A stretch of 64,000 nucleotides of DNA from Psychrobacillus sp. Lineage in GTDB: Bacteria; Bacillota; Bacilli; Bacillales_A; Planococcaceae. The DNA is taken from contig NZ_JALDYF010000017.1 of the NCBI RefSeq assembly GCF_032154225.1, positions 23,394-87,393 on the forward strand, read 5' to 3'. Positions 39,735-49,551 of this stretch are shown here, piece by piece; position 1 is the stretch's first letter, and every line of letters begins with the position of its first letter. The position numbers and the translations under genes are program-made. Below the pieces are notes generated by a model, which ran no database searches, was not told where the DNA came from, and saw only the letters and a program-made list of their open reading frames with translations.

Positions 39735-41881
39735 TTATCATTTCTTCCTTCGTTTGCAAATAATTGTTTAATTGATATTATAGATGAATTCTTCTCGTTA
39801 TTATTTTCAACTTGTATTATGGCACTAATCTTTTTTTGATTATTAATTTGTAAGTTAAATCCTTCTTCCTCACTTCTTTGAACTCGCTCTTCTCGTCTAT
39901 TATCCTTTATATTTTTCGTTCTTTTGGACTTACTTAGCGTTTTGTCCAACTTTTCCTCTTTGTTCTTATTTGCAGCTTTTACAATACTCTCGATATCAGA
40001 GTAAAAATTAAGTTCATTTTCTAATCGACTATGTTCAGTGTCTTTCATATCGTTATTTTCAAATTCTAATAGTTGATCAATTTCTTCGATAGTCTTATCC
40101 TTATATCTCACTTGATGATCTAAAAGAGTGCACGGAATAAAAAGATCCTCATCATTGGAATGTAAATAAATAACATTCAAATCTCTTGGATCATATGAAA
40201 ATTCTACCTTCCAACTTCCATCTCTCCTTGCTTTAGAAAACCATTGTTCATCGATCGCTCTAGGAGTGGTATAATACATTTTTTTATATCTAATTCCTTT
40301 TTCAGAGATAGTCACTTTATCTCGGGGTAATAAATAAAACTTTATTTTGTCGATATCATGTTTTTTAAGTTTGCCTGCAGCATTCTTTATTCCCCATTCC
40401 CAAAGCTTGATTGGTATAGGTTGGACGTTATCTTTTATTTGTTGCTCATTTCTAACATATTCTTTCATATAAAAATTATTGTTATAAAAAAGAATAAAAT
40501 TAATTAAGATTTGTGTGTATTCTTCGATATTAAGGCTTGCTTCTAGCCGATAATCTTTTGCTCCTCTCTCACCATGATCTTTGTGTACATAGCCAGGTAG
40601 AAACGGTTTGATTTTTTCTTGTGAAGTATCGAATAGTTTTTCAACTATCCCTTTCCAGTCCGGGCGATAGGGAGGGGTATTACTAATGTTAGGACCTAAT
40701 CCTTCAATCAAATGATCAACCCCGTGACTGGCTAATTCACCTCTATCACCAATGAAGTTATTTGGTAAATGCATAGACGGCCAAATATCTGTTGATATAT
40801 TTATCCCAAACTTTTTACAGTATTCTTTTTTGTCCATACAGGCATTTACTATTGCACTCATCATAGCTTTCCAAGAGGCATTTTCTAAACCCACGTAAAG
40901 ACCTACTATTAGATGTGTATACACATCTACGATGAAATAAGTGGTAGGTCGTCCGACAATCCAATTTGGGTTGAATCGATTGACTAAATATACGTTGCCC
41001 GGTGTTGCATCAATCTGATAAATATCTCCTGGTCCCTCTGTTTCCGCCGTAGAAGATCCTAATACGGCTCTATGGTTTTGTTCAAATTTCTTTAGACCTT
41101 CCCGTGCTATGGTGACTTTATCGTTTTTGTATTCTTTATTAAACCAGTAATAAAATTGCGTTTGAGAAGGTCTCTCTTCCTCCGGTTTAAGCACCAACCT
41201 TTCATTATTTGACTCGTCGAAGTATTTAAATTTTGTATAATAATCTCGGATCATCATCTTATAGGCAAAAATTAAAGATGGCTTTTTTAAGTTTAAGTAA
41301 TACTTTTTTACGGATTTAGAAAACTGTTCCTTTATTTCTGCAGTTATTATGATTCCCTTGACTCCATTCTTGTTAGGTCTTCCTGTTTTTTTCTTATATT
41401 CTTTGTCTGTATTTGTAAAATTAAAGTCTGGAAAAACTGAATCTTTCACCATTCCTCTTTGCCAATACTTTCTTATATTTTTATAAAAGGTATTTTTGGA
41501 TTTAATGTTATGCTTAATCATCGCTTCTTCAATTAATTTATAGCGATGACTCTTCTTGTAAATATCCGGTTCAATTCTTACTAAGTCTTTAATTATCATC
41601 CAAGTTTTATCTCTATGTTGAATATCTTTTTCTGTTGGCGACCTTTTTAATGCTACATTCTCATCTACTCGCAAGGTATATATTGCTGAATTGATTTGTT
41701 CTTCTATCTCCTTAGTAGTCATAATAAAAGGACTAGCATTAATAGCGGTAATATCTATTACATATGCAATTACATAACCACTATCAATCCATAAAATTCT
41801 ATATGCTTTATCTGTATCAACTTCTACAATGAGTTCATTAACTGATAGAGCTACCATAATTTTTGTTAACACTCCTTTCAT
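39731..41881 (-). CDS. tnsB: TnsB-like DDE transposase
   Basis: rve-type core: IYQIDATPGNVYLV, IGDRGELAS, and a downstream E. 716 aa. Start approximate. Confidence 0.85.
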   Translation of the reverse strand: MKGVLTKIMVALSVNELIVEVDTDKAYRILWIDSGYVIAYVIDITAINASPFIMTTKEIEEQINSAIYTLRVDENVALKRSPTEKDIQHRDKTWMIIKDLVRIEPDIYKKSHRYKLIEEAMIKHNIKSKNTFYKNIRKYWQRGMVKDSVFPDFNFTNTDKEYKKKTGRPNKNGVKGIIITAEIKEQFSKSVKKYYLNLKKPSLIFAYKMMIRDYYTKFKYFDESNNERLVLKPEEERPSQTQFYYWFNKEYKNDKVTIAREGLKKFEQNHRAVLGSSTAETEGPGDIYQIDATPGNVYLVNRFNPNWIVGRPTTYFIVDVYTHLIVGLYVGLENASWKAMMSAIVNACMDKKEYCKKFGINISTDIWPSMHLPNNFIGDRGELASHGVDHLIEGLGPNISNTPPYRPDWKGIVEKLFDTSQEKIKPFLPGYVHKDHGERGAKDYRLEASLNIEEYTQILINFILFYNNNFYMKEYVRNEQQIKDNVQPIPIKLWEWGIKNAAGKLKKHDIDKIKFYLLPRDKVTISEKGIRYKKMYYTTPRAIDEQWFSKARRDGSWKVEFSYDPRDLNVIYLHSNDEDLFIPCTLLDHQVRYKDKTIEEIDQLLEFENNDMKDTEHSRLENELNFYSDIESIVKAANKNKEEKLDKTLSKSKRTKNIKDNRREERVQRSEEEGFNLQINNQKKISAIIQVENNNEKNSSIISIKQLFANEGRNDK

Positions 41882-42746
41882 TAAAAATTATATCTGTCAG
41901 GTTTGTGTCATGGGGCTTTATTGGTTTTTCCATGTCGTATGTTTCAATATACTGGCGAGCATACAAATGTCTCATGTAATAAATACTCGAACCATCCTCG
42001 AGATTGTATAAAGAATCGAATTCACTACAACATGTAATTAACTGCTTTGTCGGATTCAACTTCAGCTCTCTGTATAAATAATCTAAGAAATGCAAACTCA
42101 TTTCTTCCTCTTGATTATTTTCAAGATAGTAATATACATGGATATATTTCATATTTTTTACAAATTGAGTCGACATGACCTTTTCATCAATTACAGACCA
42201 TTCTATATCCCTGTCTACCCAATATTGTCTTTCTATTTCTAGTTTCTCAAGGACACGAGGGTCTTCTAACTCACTACTAGGTTTTATAGAACGCGCAATT
42301 TGTATAATCTTATTGTCCACTCGGCTCGTTATAAGAAAATCAGTGGTCATAACAATATGTGTTTGAGTTGTAGTTTCAATGGAATGCTTAATGCCTTTAT
42401 CAGAAGCTATTTTTAGGGTATCCTCACGCTCAAGCGGAAATTGCTCTCTTATATCTATCACTTTTTTACTCCATTCCAAGTAATAAAAATAAGATAGTTC
42501 TAAATCAGATAGAAAATGATGTATTCTATTGGTTTTCCAACCCCTTGGCCGATGTGATCTACCTCTACTTGGCACCTCATTAATTTTCAGCCACGGTTGG
42601 TAATGATTTAATTCACCAGAACCTCTACCTTCCTTATAAAACCTAGCAATTTTTTCTTCTGTCCATGTATATTTATTTACTGACAAAATATCACCACCAA
42701 TCGACTTCTTTTCACTATTAATAACAAATATTCTGTCTATTTTCAA
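41838..42746 (-). CDS. tnsA: TnsA-like endonuclease
   Basis: GRGSGELNHYQPWLKINEVPSRGRSHR...HFLSDLELSYFYYLEW...IREQFPL matches the TnsA N-terminal catalytic pattern. The start is uncertain (TTG 42746, or TTG 42686 after GGTGGTGA). Confidence 0.8.
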   Translation of the reverse strand: MKIDRIFVINSEKKSIGGDILSVNKYTWTEEKIARFYKEGRGSGELNHYQPWLKINEVPSRGRSHRPRGWKTNRIHHFLSDLELSYFYYLEWSKKVIDIREQFPLEREDTLKIASDKGIKHSIETTTQTHIVMTTDFLITSRVDNKIIQIARSIKPSSELEDPRVLEKLEIERQYWVDRDIEWSVIDEKVMSTQFVKNMKYIHVYYYLENNQEEEMSLHFLDYLYRELKLNPTKQLITCCSEFDSLYNLEDGSSIYYMRHLYARQYIETYDMEKPIKPHDTNLTDIIFNERSVNKNYGSSIS

Positions 42747-43260
42747 GTGACAGGCAATTTAAAATCGTTTTTTGTGAAAATATTTGTAAATGTTGAATTG
42801 GATAGGTAAGTTCTAAATATTTATATAATCAGATAGTTGGTTTTTAAAAGTTTCCGTTTACTCGCAATGTTCTTTTCATGTCTCTGTTAATATCCAGGTA
42901 ATTCCGGCACTATTTCCTATACCTAATATCATTTTAGAATTTTTATCAACATATAAAACATTCCCCCACCATCATGATTAATGTTGGTGGGGGAGATGTT
43001 TTCGTATAACAACCAAGGCTGTGAAGGTACATGGAGGAATAAGGATTATCGGTCATTATTCTTCAAGAAGGTAAAGAAACTAATATAAATAGATATCTCG
43101 AGTTTAATGAAATTTAGATTAATACCACATTTATTAAGCGGATTTTTCTGGTGTCATCCCAGATTCTTATTTCCTTTATAGGAAAGTATTGTATACTCTT
43201 TATAATAACATTTAAATATAGTTCCAATTTATCAATATAGTTTATTAAGGAGGAAATATT

Positions 43261-45378
43261 TTGTACCTAAAGACTATCAGTTTAACAAATTTCCGGCAAT
43301 TTTCTGTAAAGGAAGATGAAACTCCAGGAATTACGGTCCAGTTTAGTCCTAAATTCAATGTAATTGTCGGAGAAAACGACTCTGGGAAAACTGCTATCAT
43401 TGATGCAATAAGATACCTTTTGGGAAGTATAAGTAATGATTTTGAAAAAATAAAGCAAGAAGATTTCTTTTGTTATGCAAAAGATAAATATACCGATAAT
43501 TTTTATATTGAAGGTACCTTTACATCGCTATCAGATAAAGAAGCTGGTCTATTTCTAGAGTGGCTCTCTTTCGATGAAAATGGGGACTATGAACTGAGAG
43601 TTTCTCTAAAAGTTGAGAGAAAAAGAAATGATAACGGTCAAGAGTATATTGATCAGAGAATTCAAGCTGGAGAAAAAAATTTCGAGTTTCGTTTAAGTAG
43701 TAAGGCTCGTGATTTATTGAAAACTACATATTTAAAACCCCTAAGAGACGCAGATACCGAATTAAAACCTGGAATTCGTTCTAGGCTGGCACAAATCTTA
43801 AAAGTCCATCCAGCCTTTAAAAAAGAATCTAGTGAAACCAATCACAGCTTAGAACAAATAATGCAAGAAGCAAATGATAAAGTCGAGGGATTTTTTAAAG
43901 AAGATTATGTTGAAGACCATTCTCTAGTATCTGATATTGAAAGTTTACTAAGTGATTTTTATGACAATAAAGATCAAAATAAGGCAAAAACTAATTTTTC
44001 AGTATCATCAACTGATCTATCTTCTATATTAAGAAAATTAAGTATCAATACTGAAGATGTTAATTTGGGATTAGGTAATATGAATCTATTGTTCATAGCA
44101 ACTGAACTTTTACTACTGAACGACTATGTAGAAAGCAGTGAGTTAGTAGGTCCCCATATCACATTGATAGAAGAGATAGAAGCCCACTTACATACACAAG
44201 CACAAATTAGATTAATTAAGTATTTGGAAGAAGAATTAGAATCAAATTCACAAAGAGCAGGTCAATTCATTTTAACCTCTCATAGCACAAATTTGGTATC
44301 TTCTATAGACCCTAAAAATATTATTTTTATACAGGGTAATGTAGCCTATCCCATGAGAAGAGAATTTTCCGAACTTGAAGATAACGATTTTGAGTTTCTA
44401 GAAAGATTCTTGGATGCTACGAAAAGTAATCTATTTTTTGCTAAAGGTGTGATATTTGTAGAAGGTGATTCAGAAATGTTGCTGATACCAGCTCTTGCTA
44501 ACTTTATTGGGTACCCACTGCATAAGTATGGAATATCTCTAGTTAATGTAAGAGGAACATCTTTTGAAAGATATATTAAGCTGTTTTCAAGATCAACTTT
44601 GTGGAAAGAATCCATGAAACTACCAAGTATCACGACTCCAATAGCAATTATTACAGACATAGATGTTAAGCCTTGGGTTTATTATGAGCAAGAAGAAAAA
44701 AACAAAGCAATTTATTCAATTTTGAACGAAGAAGAATTGGATGAATTATTGACCATTTGCAATATATCAAGAGAAAAAATAATTGAAGAAAACATTGGAA
44801 ACGAATATTCCACACTAAAAAAATTAGCAAACGACTTCAAATTTGAAATAAGTAGTCAGAATACTGACTACTTAGAAAAAATAGCAAAGAAAGAAATCAC
44901 TCCGGAGTATATTAATGCTTGTTCAAGAGATAAGTTTAGACAAATTGAGGATAAATATGAAAAGTATGATGCAAATTTGAAATTATGTATAGCCCCCCAA
45001 TGGACTTTGGAATACTGTCTTGCTTTAAGTTCACTTGCACCTATATTGTTAGAGGCTGTCCAAGAAATTCGCTACAAGAAGCCTTATGAAGGTAAACAGT
45101 ATGAAGTGTTCCAAAGTTTAATGAGTGAATTTGATAAAGGGACTCTTGAAACAGAAAAAATAGCATATGAGATTTTTAAACCTATAAATAACAAATTGGT
45201 TTCAAAAGCTGAAGTTGCACAGACACTAGCTGTTAAGTTAAATAATTTAACCAAGGAAGAGGTTAAACATATGGAATGGAAGGAAAAAATCAATTGCGAT
45301 GAAAATCTGAAATACCTTATTAATGCAATAAAACACACTTCAAGTATTATTGGAAGTGAGTCGAATGAAGATGAGTGA
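43261..45378 (+). CDS. OLD-family ATPase-Toprim nuclease, GajA-like (class 2, helicase-linked)
   Basis: Walker A GENDSGKTA, LKPLRDA, IEEIEAHLH and TSHS. The Toprim region has VIFVEGDSEMLLIP and ITDIDV. AAGGAGG RBS plus a TTG start. Confidence 0.75.
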   Translation: MYLKTISLTNFRQFSVKEDETPGITVQFSPKFNVIVGENDSGKTAIIDAIRYLLGSISNDFEKIKQEDFFCYAKDKYTDNFYIEGTFTSLSDKEAGLFLEWLSFDENGDYELRVSLKVERKRNDNGQEYIDQRIQAGEKNFEFRLSSKARDLLKTTYLKPLRDADTELKPGIRSRLAQILKVHPAFKKESSETNHSLEQIMQEANDKVEGFFKEDYVEDHSLVSDIESLLSDFYDNKDQNKAKTNFSVSSTDLSSILRKLSINTEDVNLGLGNMNLLFIATELLLLNDYVESSELVGPHITLIEEIEAHLHTQAQIRLIKYLEEELESNSQRAGQFILTSHSTNLVSSIDPKNIIFIQGNVAYPMRREFSELEDNDFEFLERFLDATKSNLFFAKGVIFVEGDSEMLLIPALANFIGYPLHKYGISLVNVRGTSFERYIKLFSRSTLWKESMKLPSITTPIAIITDIDVKPWVYYEQEEKNKAIYSILNEEELDELLTICNISREKIIEENIGNEYSTLKKLANDFKFEISSQNTDYLEKIAKKEITPEYINACSRDKFRQIEDKYEKYDANLKLCIAPQWTLEYCLALSSLAPILLEAVQEIRYKKPYEGKQYEVFQSLMSEFDKGTLETEKIAYEIFKPINNKLVSKAEVAQTLAVKLNNLTKEEVKHMEWKEKINCDENLKYLINAIKHTSSIIGSESNEDE

Positions 45379-47239
45379 GAAGTGCTTAGCGGATATAACG
45401 CCTTTAATTTTACCAAACGGCTGTTCATTTTTCCCTCAACAAGTAAACGCAATAGAAGTCGCTGGCTCTGCCAATATAGTTGCTGGCCCTGGTTCAGGTA
45501 AAACCACTGTTCTAATTGCAAAATGTGCGCTGTTACTCTCTAAACAAAAGAGCACAGATAGAGGTATTTGTCTCATAACGCATACAAATGTAGCTGTTGA
45601 TGAAATAAAAATGGGGCTAAAAAAAATTGGAATCAATGATGTTTCATATCCGAATTTTATTGGTACCATACAAGAATTTTTTAACAGTTTTTTTACGAGA
45701 AAGGCTTTCTACTTAGTTCACAAAGACAAACATTTTAGAGTGATTGATGATGAAGAATACAAAAAAAAGTTTGGCGCTTTATTCGATAAAAAAAAGCCTG
45801 ATTGGTATACTTACCCGACTCCGAACATAACAAGAGCACTTCCAAAACTAATAATAAATGATGACTACTCTTACACGATTATAAGTCAAGCAAACCAAAG
45901 TTATAGATCTGAATTTAACGAGTGTCTGAAAATGTTATTTAATTGGGGTTTAGTAAATAACGAACAATGTTTGGAGCTCTCTAAATGGTATATAGAAAAA
46001 AATCAAGAGAAAATAATTAGTTCTATTAAACACAGATTCGAATATTTACTTTTGGATGAAGCCCAGGACACAAGTGAATTGCAGTATAATCTATTAAAAA
46101 AGCTTTTTTCTTCTCCAGATATCGTTTTTCAAAAGTTCGGTGATCCATACCAATCCTTATATAGTATTTTTGATGGCAATAGGGATGCTTGGAAGCCAAG
46201 TGAGGAATTTGAAAGTTGCGGTTTATCCTATGAAGAAATTTCGGAGACTTCTCGTTTTGGCTCAAGTATTTCAGAATTAGTTAAAAATATTTGTATAGAA
46301 AAATATGACACTTTTACTTCTTTAAATTTGGTTGATTCGTTCAATCCACACTATATAATTTATGAGAGCGAAAATGATTTACTTGAACAATATAAATCAC
46401 TAATTAATTACTGTACTCTTCAATCTACCGAGTATTCGAAATCTCGAAAGAAAGATGCTATAATATCCGCTTTCCATGAAGATTTGAGTAGTATTTTTAC
46501 TTCATATAATAAGCCTACTACTAAAGTTAGAAATATTGAAAGTATTGTAAGGAAATGCTACAACTTTTTTATTGACCTATTGTCTAAAGAATTGGATTTA
46601 TCTTCTGATGATCTAATGAAAAAAGTTGAAGAGGAGCTTATTTATAAAGTGATTCTCAGTAAATGTGTTAAAGAAATTAATTCCGAAAATTTTATTGGGG
46701 ATTTTATAATTTGGGATTTAGAAAGGATTATCCAAAAAATAACTGGTATTGAAGATGCGTGCTTTAAGAATATTGATGCTGAAGCACAAATAAAATATCT
46801 ATATCACACAATTGTCAATACAAAAACAGAAAAGCAGCTTGAAACCACTGAAACTGAGAATCTAAATTTCAGTATTGGAACAATTCATTCAGCTAAGGGT
46901 GAGACCCACAGATCAACTATGTTGGTATTGAATACTGTCTTCAAAGATCGTACAATGAAACCAACTTATAGAATGATCGACTTATTAAAAGAATATTTAG
47001 TAGGCAAATACTCGGATCCCTATTCAGTAAAAGAGGACTTAAAAAGAGATGAAATGATAAAAAGTTTAAAACTTGCCTATGTTGCATTGAGCCGCCCAAC
47101 CCATTTAGCAGTAATTGCAATACCAAATGAAATGATTTTCGGTCAAGAAGAACTAATTACTGAATTAAATGACAGTGGCTGGAAAAGTTTAGAATCTTAC
47201 AAGAATGAAATTTTAGAGGATCTTATGACATCAGGCTGA
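45365..47239 (+). CDS. UvrD/Rep-like SF1 helicase, GajB-like
   Basis: AGPGSGKTTVL, LLLDEAQDTS and TIHSAKGETHRSTM motifs. The start overlaps the upstream stop. Confidence 0.75.
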   Translation: MKMSEKCLADITPLILPNGCSFFPQQVNAIEVAGSANIVAGPGSGKTTVLIAKCALLLSKQKSTDRGICLITHTNVAVDEIKMGLKKIGINDVSYPNFIGTIQEFFNSFFTRKAFYLVHKDKHFRVIDDEEYKKKFGALFDKKKPDWYTYPTPNITRALPKLIINDDYSYTIISQANQSYRSEFNECLKMLFNWGLVNNEQCLELSKWYIEKNQEKIISSIKHRFEYLLLDEAQDTSELQYNLLKKLFSSPDIVFQKFGDPYQSLYSIFDGNRDAWKPSEEFESCGLSYEEISETSRFGSSISELVKNICIEKYDTFTSLNLVDSFNPHYIIYESENDLLEQYKSLINYCTLQSTEYSKSRKKDAIISAFHEDLSSIFTSYNKPTTKVRNIESIVRKCYNFFIDLLSKELDLSSDDLMKKVEEELIYKVILSKCVKEINSENFIGDFIIWDLERIIQKITGIEDACFKNIDAEAQIKYLYHTIVNTKTEKQLETTETENLNFSIGTIHSAKGETHRSTMLVLNTVFKDRTMKPTYRMIDLLKEYLVGKYSDPYSVKEDLKRDEMIKSLKLAYVALSRPTHLAVIAIPNEMIFGQEELITELNDSGWKSLESYKNEILEDLMTSG

Positions 47240-47365
47240 TTTCCCCAACTGATCAACGCGAATATTGATTTTACCGAATGAAAGCTTCTGGAAATCTGTG
47301 CTTGAAGAAATATCGTGAAAATGTATTAACTAGTAATAATATGATTCCAATATGGAGGTTTATCT

Positions 47366-47827
47366 ATGAGCAAAAAAATAATTGAGCAAATGAAGAGATG
47401 GCCACGCAATTTGAGTACATCACAGGGAGGAGGGTTATCTACTTCCCAATATGGAGGGATGTCTACCTCCCAATACGGAGGCATGTCTACCTCTCAATAC
47501 GGAGGCATGTCTACCTCCCAATACGGCGGCATGTCTACCTCCCAATATGGAGGTCTTTCTACCTCCCAATATGGGGGTCTTTCTACCGCACAATATGGAG
47601 GTCTGTCCACTGCTCAATACGGTGGTCTGTCCACTGCTCAATATGGGGGCTTATCGACATCCCAAGGAGGAGGTATGTCTACCTCTTCAGGTAATGTATA
47701 CATGAGTAATATTCCACCTTGGCCAGTATTTGTAAGAGAGCTTGAGGAAAGAGGATATAATAATGAGGCTAATTTAATTCGGAGACATTTACCTGAGTTC
47801 CTTTGGCCAGAAAACTTCTTCAAATAA
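47366..47827 (+). CDS. tandem octapeptide-repeat protein (G-[LM]-S-T-[SA]-Q-Y-G x12) with short unique termini
   Basis: GGAGG 7 nt before the ATG. Repeat-unit differences are almost all synonymous. A terminator follows at 47907. Confidence 0.65.
   Translation: MSKKIIEQMKRWPRNLSTSQGGGLSTSQYGGMSTSQYGGMSTSQYGGMSTSQYGGMSTSQYGGLSTSQYGGLSTAQYGGLSTAQYGGLSTAQYGGLSTSQGGGMSTSSGNVYMSNIPPWPVFVRELEERGYNNEANLIRRHLPEFLWPENFFK
47408..47695 (+). repeat. 12 tandem 24-bp coding repeats
   Basis: Units such as ggcatgtctacctcccaatacgga, contiguous with no spacers. Confidence 0.9.
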
Positions 47828-47906
47828 TTCCATCTAATACAAGTATCTACTCATGTTGAAAATCATTAAGCAAGAGGGACACGATAGTTAAAAAACACAC
47901 ATTGAT

Positions 47907-47937
47907 GAGCAGGTGCTACGTAGCCTGCTCTTTTTTA
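47907..47937 (+). terminator. rho-independent terminator
   Basis: gagcagg-tgctacgtag-cctgctc followed by tttttt. Confidence 0.75.
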
Positions 47938-48216
47938 TTAAACTAACGCAGCAGTTTAGTTTAAAAAGGAGAAGCACACTCTTTTGTTGAATAGAAATAA
48001 AGCACCTTTCTTTAATGAAAGGTATTGATTAAGAGGATTAATTTGTTCAATAGAATATTGGGAACGGAATATGGATGGAGAGTGATTTAAATGGGAATCG
48101 GTAATTTGGCACAAAAAGGAGTTGTAGTTATTTTTGTCGAAGTGTAGATGAAGATTAGTAATAAAAAGAAAAACAGAAAATTAGATAGTCGAGTTTAACT
48201 AAACTGGGAGAAAGTA

Positions 48217-49116
48217 GTGAATTATAATATGACTAGTAAAAATTCTATTTTTAAAAAACCTTACAACCTTATAGATAATGCTCCAAAAGTTATTGCATGG
48301 GAAGATTACGAAAGAAATTTACTTAAAGATTATGAGATCCTATTAAAAGAACATGGAGACGAAGAAGATGTTTTTCAAGAATTTTTTGAGAAAAACCCAT
48401 CACTATTACCAGGAGCTTTTGGAATTTATGGTGAATCTGGTCATGCTCCATATAATAATGCTTTAATTACTCAACCATTACTTCAAGGTTTAACAACTAA
48501 AATACCTGATTTTTTGTGGATTGCTTCAGATAGTGGAACAATTTATCCAATTTTTATAGAGATAGAAAAACCTAATAAAAAATGGTTTAGAAACGATGGA
48601 CAACCAACAGCAGAATTTACTCAAGCTCAAACTCAACTTAGTGATTGGAAAATGTGGTATTCAAATCCTAATCACCAAAGTCTTTTTTATCAGTATTACG
48701 ACATAGATGGGGAAATAGCGAGGGGGAAAGCGATTAAGCCACAATTTGTTTTAATTTACGGGTCTAGAAGTGAATTTAGTGGGAAACCTGATTTAAATCA
48801 AAAAAGATCGCAATTAGTGCGAGAAAATGAAATATATATGACCTTTGATAGATTAACACCTAATATCAAAGCAAGAAATACCATTACTTGTAAAGTGAAA
48901 AATAGGAATTATGTTGCTAAATTTGTTCCACCAACATTTAGATTAGGGCCTGTATTTGCTGAGGAATTAAGTAAAATAGATAATAATGAAGAAGCTATTA
49001 ATAATTCTCAAATAGATGATATTCGAAAAGAATTTCTTATTTCCAGACTTAAATATTGGATGGATTTTGGCAAAAGACAACCAAGAGGATTGAGAAATTC
49101 AGGAGATTGGGAATAA
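48217..49116 (+). CDS. Shedu-like PD-(D/E)xK nuclease (DUF4263-type domain)
   Basis: FQEFFEKNPSLLPG, IPDFLW...IFIEIEKP (D...ExK), QLSDW, PQFVLIYGSRSEF and IYMTFDRL follow the order I recall for SduA C-terminal domains. GTG start after GGGAG. Confidence 0.6.
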   Translation: MNYNMTSKNSIFKKPYNLIDNAPKVIAWEDYERNLLKDYEILLKEHGDEEDVFQEFFEKNPSLLPGAFGIYGESGHAPYNNALITQPLLQGLTTKIPDFLWIASDSGTIYPIFIEIEKPNKKWFRNDGQPTAEFTQAQTQLSDWKMWYSNPNHQSLFYQYYDIDGEIARGKAIKPQFVLIYGSRSEFSGKPDLNQKRSQLVRENEIYMTFDRLTPNIKARNTITCKVKNRNYVAKFVPPTFRLGPVFAEELSKIDNNEEAINNSQIDDIRKEFLISRLKYWMDFGKRQPRGLRNSGDWE

Positions 49117-49173
49117 ACCTTTTGTTATTCGAAGTAAGGCTGCGTTTTGTTAAAAATTCTCCTAACCAAAAAA

Positions 49174-49211
49174 ACAGCAGTTCCCAAGTATATTGGAGCT
49201 GCTGATTTTTT
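49174..49211 (+). terminator. rho-independent terminator
   Basis: cagcag...ctgctg stem followed by attttttat. Confidence 0.55.
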
Positions 49212-49332
49212 ATATTATCGGATTAAAGGCTTAGTAATTGTAAAGCGGCATTTTCCTGAAGCTACTCCTAAAAAAGGAAAGAAAAAACGCTCAGAGAAAT
49301 ATTCTCTAAGCGTTTTTTCATGTTATTTAAAA

Positions 49333-49551
49333 TTAGAATGTTAATTCGTTATATTCAATCCACTTTTCTTTTTCGCGCTCTACCGCTCGGTTTTGCCATT
49401 CAAACCATACATATGCACATTCACTACAATGACTTTCTACACCACTATTATTGTGCATATCTCTACAGGTAAATAAGGTCTTTTTACGACAGTTGTAGCA
49501 ATAAATTACTTTTTCATCACTTCTTATTATCAAAATTATCGTTCCCTCCAT
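49333..49551 (-). CDS. small zinc-ribbon protein
   Basis: CYNC...18 aa...CSEC forms a four-Cys pattern. A hairpin terminator at 49282-49319 lies downstream. Alternative TTG start at 49533. Confidence 0.5.
   Translation of the reverse strand: MEGTIILIIRSDEKVIYCYNCRKKTLFTCRDMHNNSGVESHCSECAYVWFEWQNRAVEREKEKWIEYNELTF

Noticed and set aside
42994-43110. 35-aa minus-strand ORF ending in the orphan hairpin (MTDNPYSSMYLHSLGCYTKTSPPPTLIMMVGECFIC)
   Set aside because: It has no convincing RBS, and its C-terminus is simply the translated hairpin.
42747-43260. Fossil or nested transposon right end next to tnsA
   Set aside because: I found no CGTGACGT/ACGTCACG-type site or TGT/ACA terminus with a matching inverted repeat here by eye. 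A computational scan for degenerate sites is still worthwhile.
47408-47695. Possible CRISPR array (regular short repeats)
   Set aside because: The units are contiguous 24-mers with no spacers and lie inside a coding frame. No cas genes are present in the window.
47398-47705. Three additional long ORFs (two + frames, one - frame) across the 24-bp repeat tract
   Set aside because: They are open only because the repeat unit lacks stop codons in those frames. None has a Shine-Dalgarno sequence or a sensible start context. The 47366 frame has GGAGG plus a 7-nt spacer, and the variation between repeat units is synonymous only in that frame.
49147-49344. 65-aa + strand ORF after the Shedu-like gene
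   Set aside because: It spans two terminator hairpins, has no RBS, and has a lysine-rich junk-like sequence.
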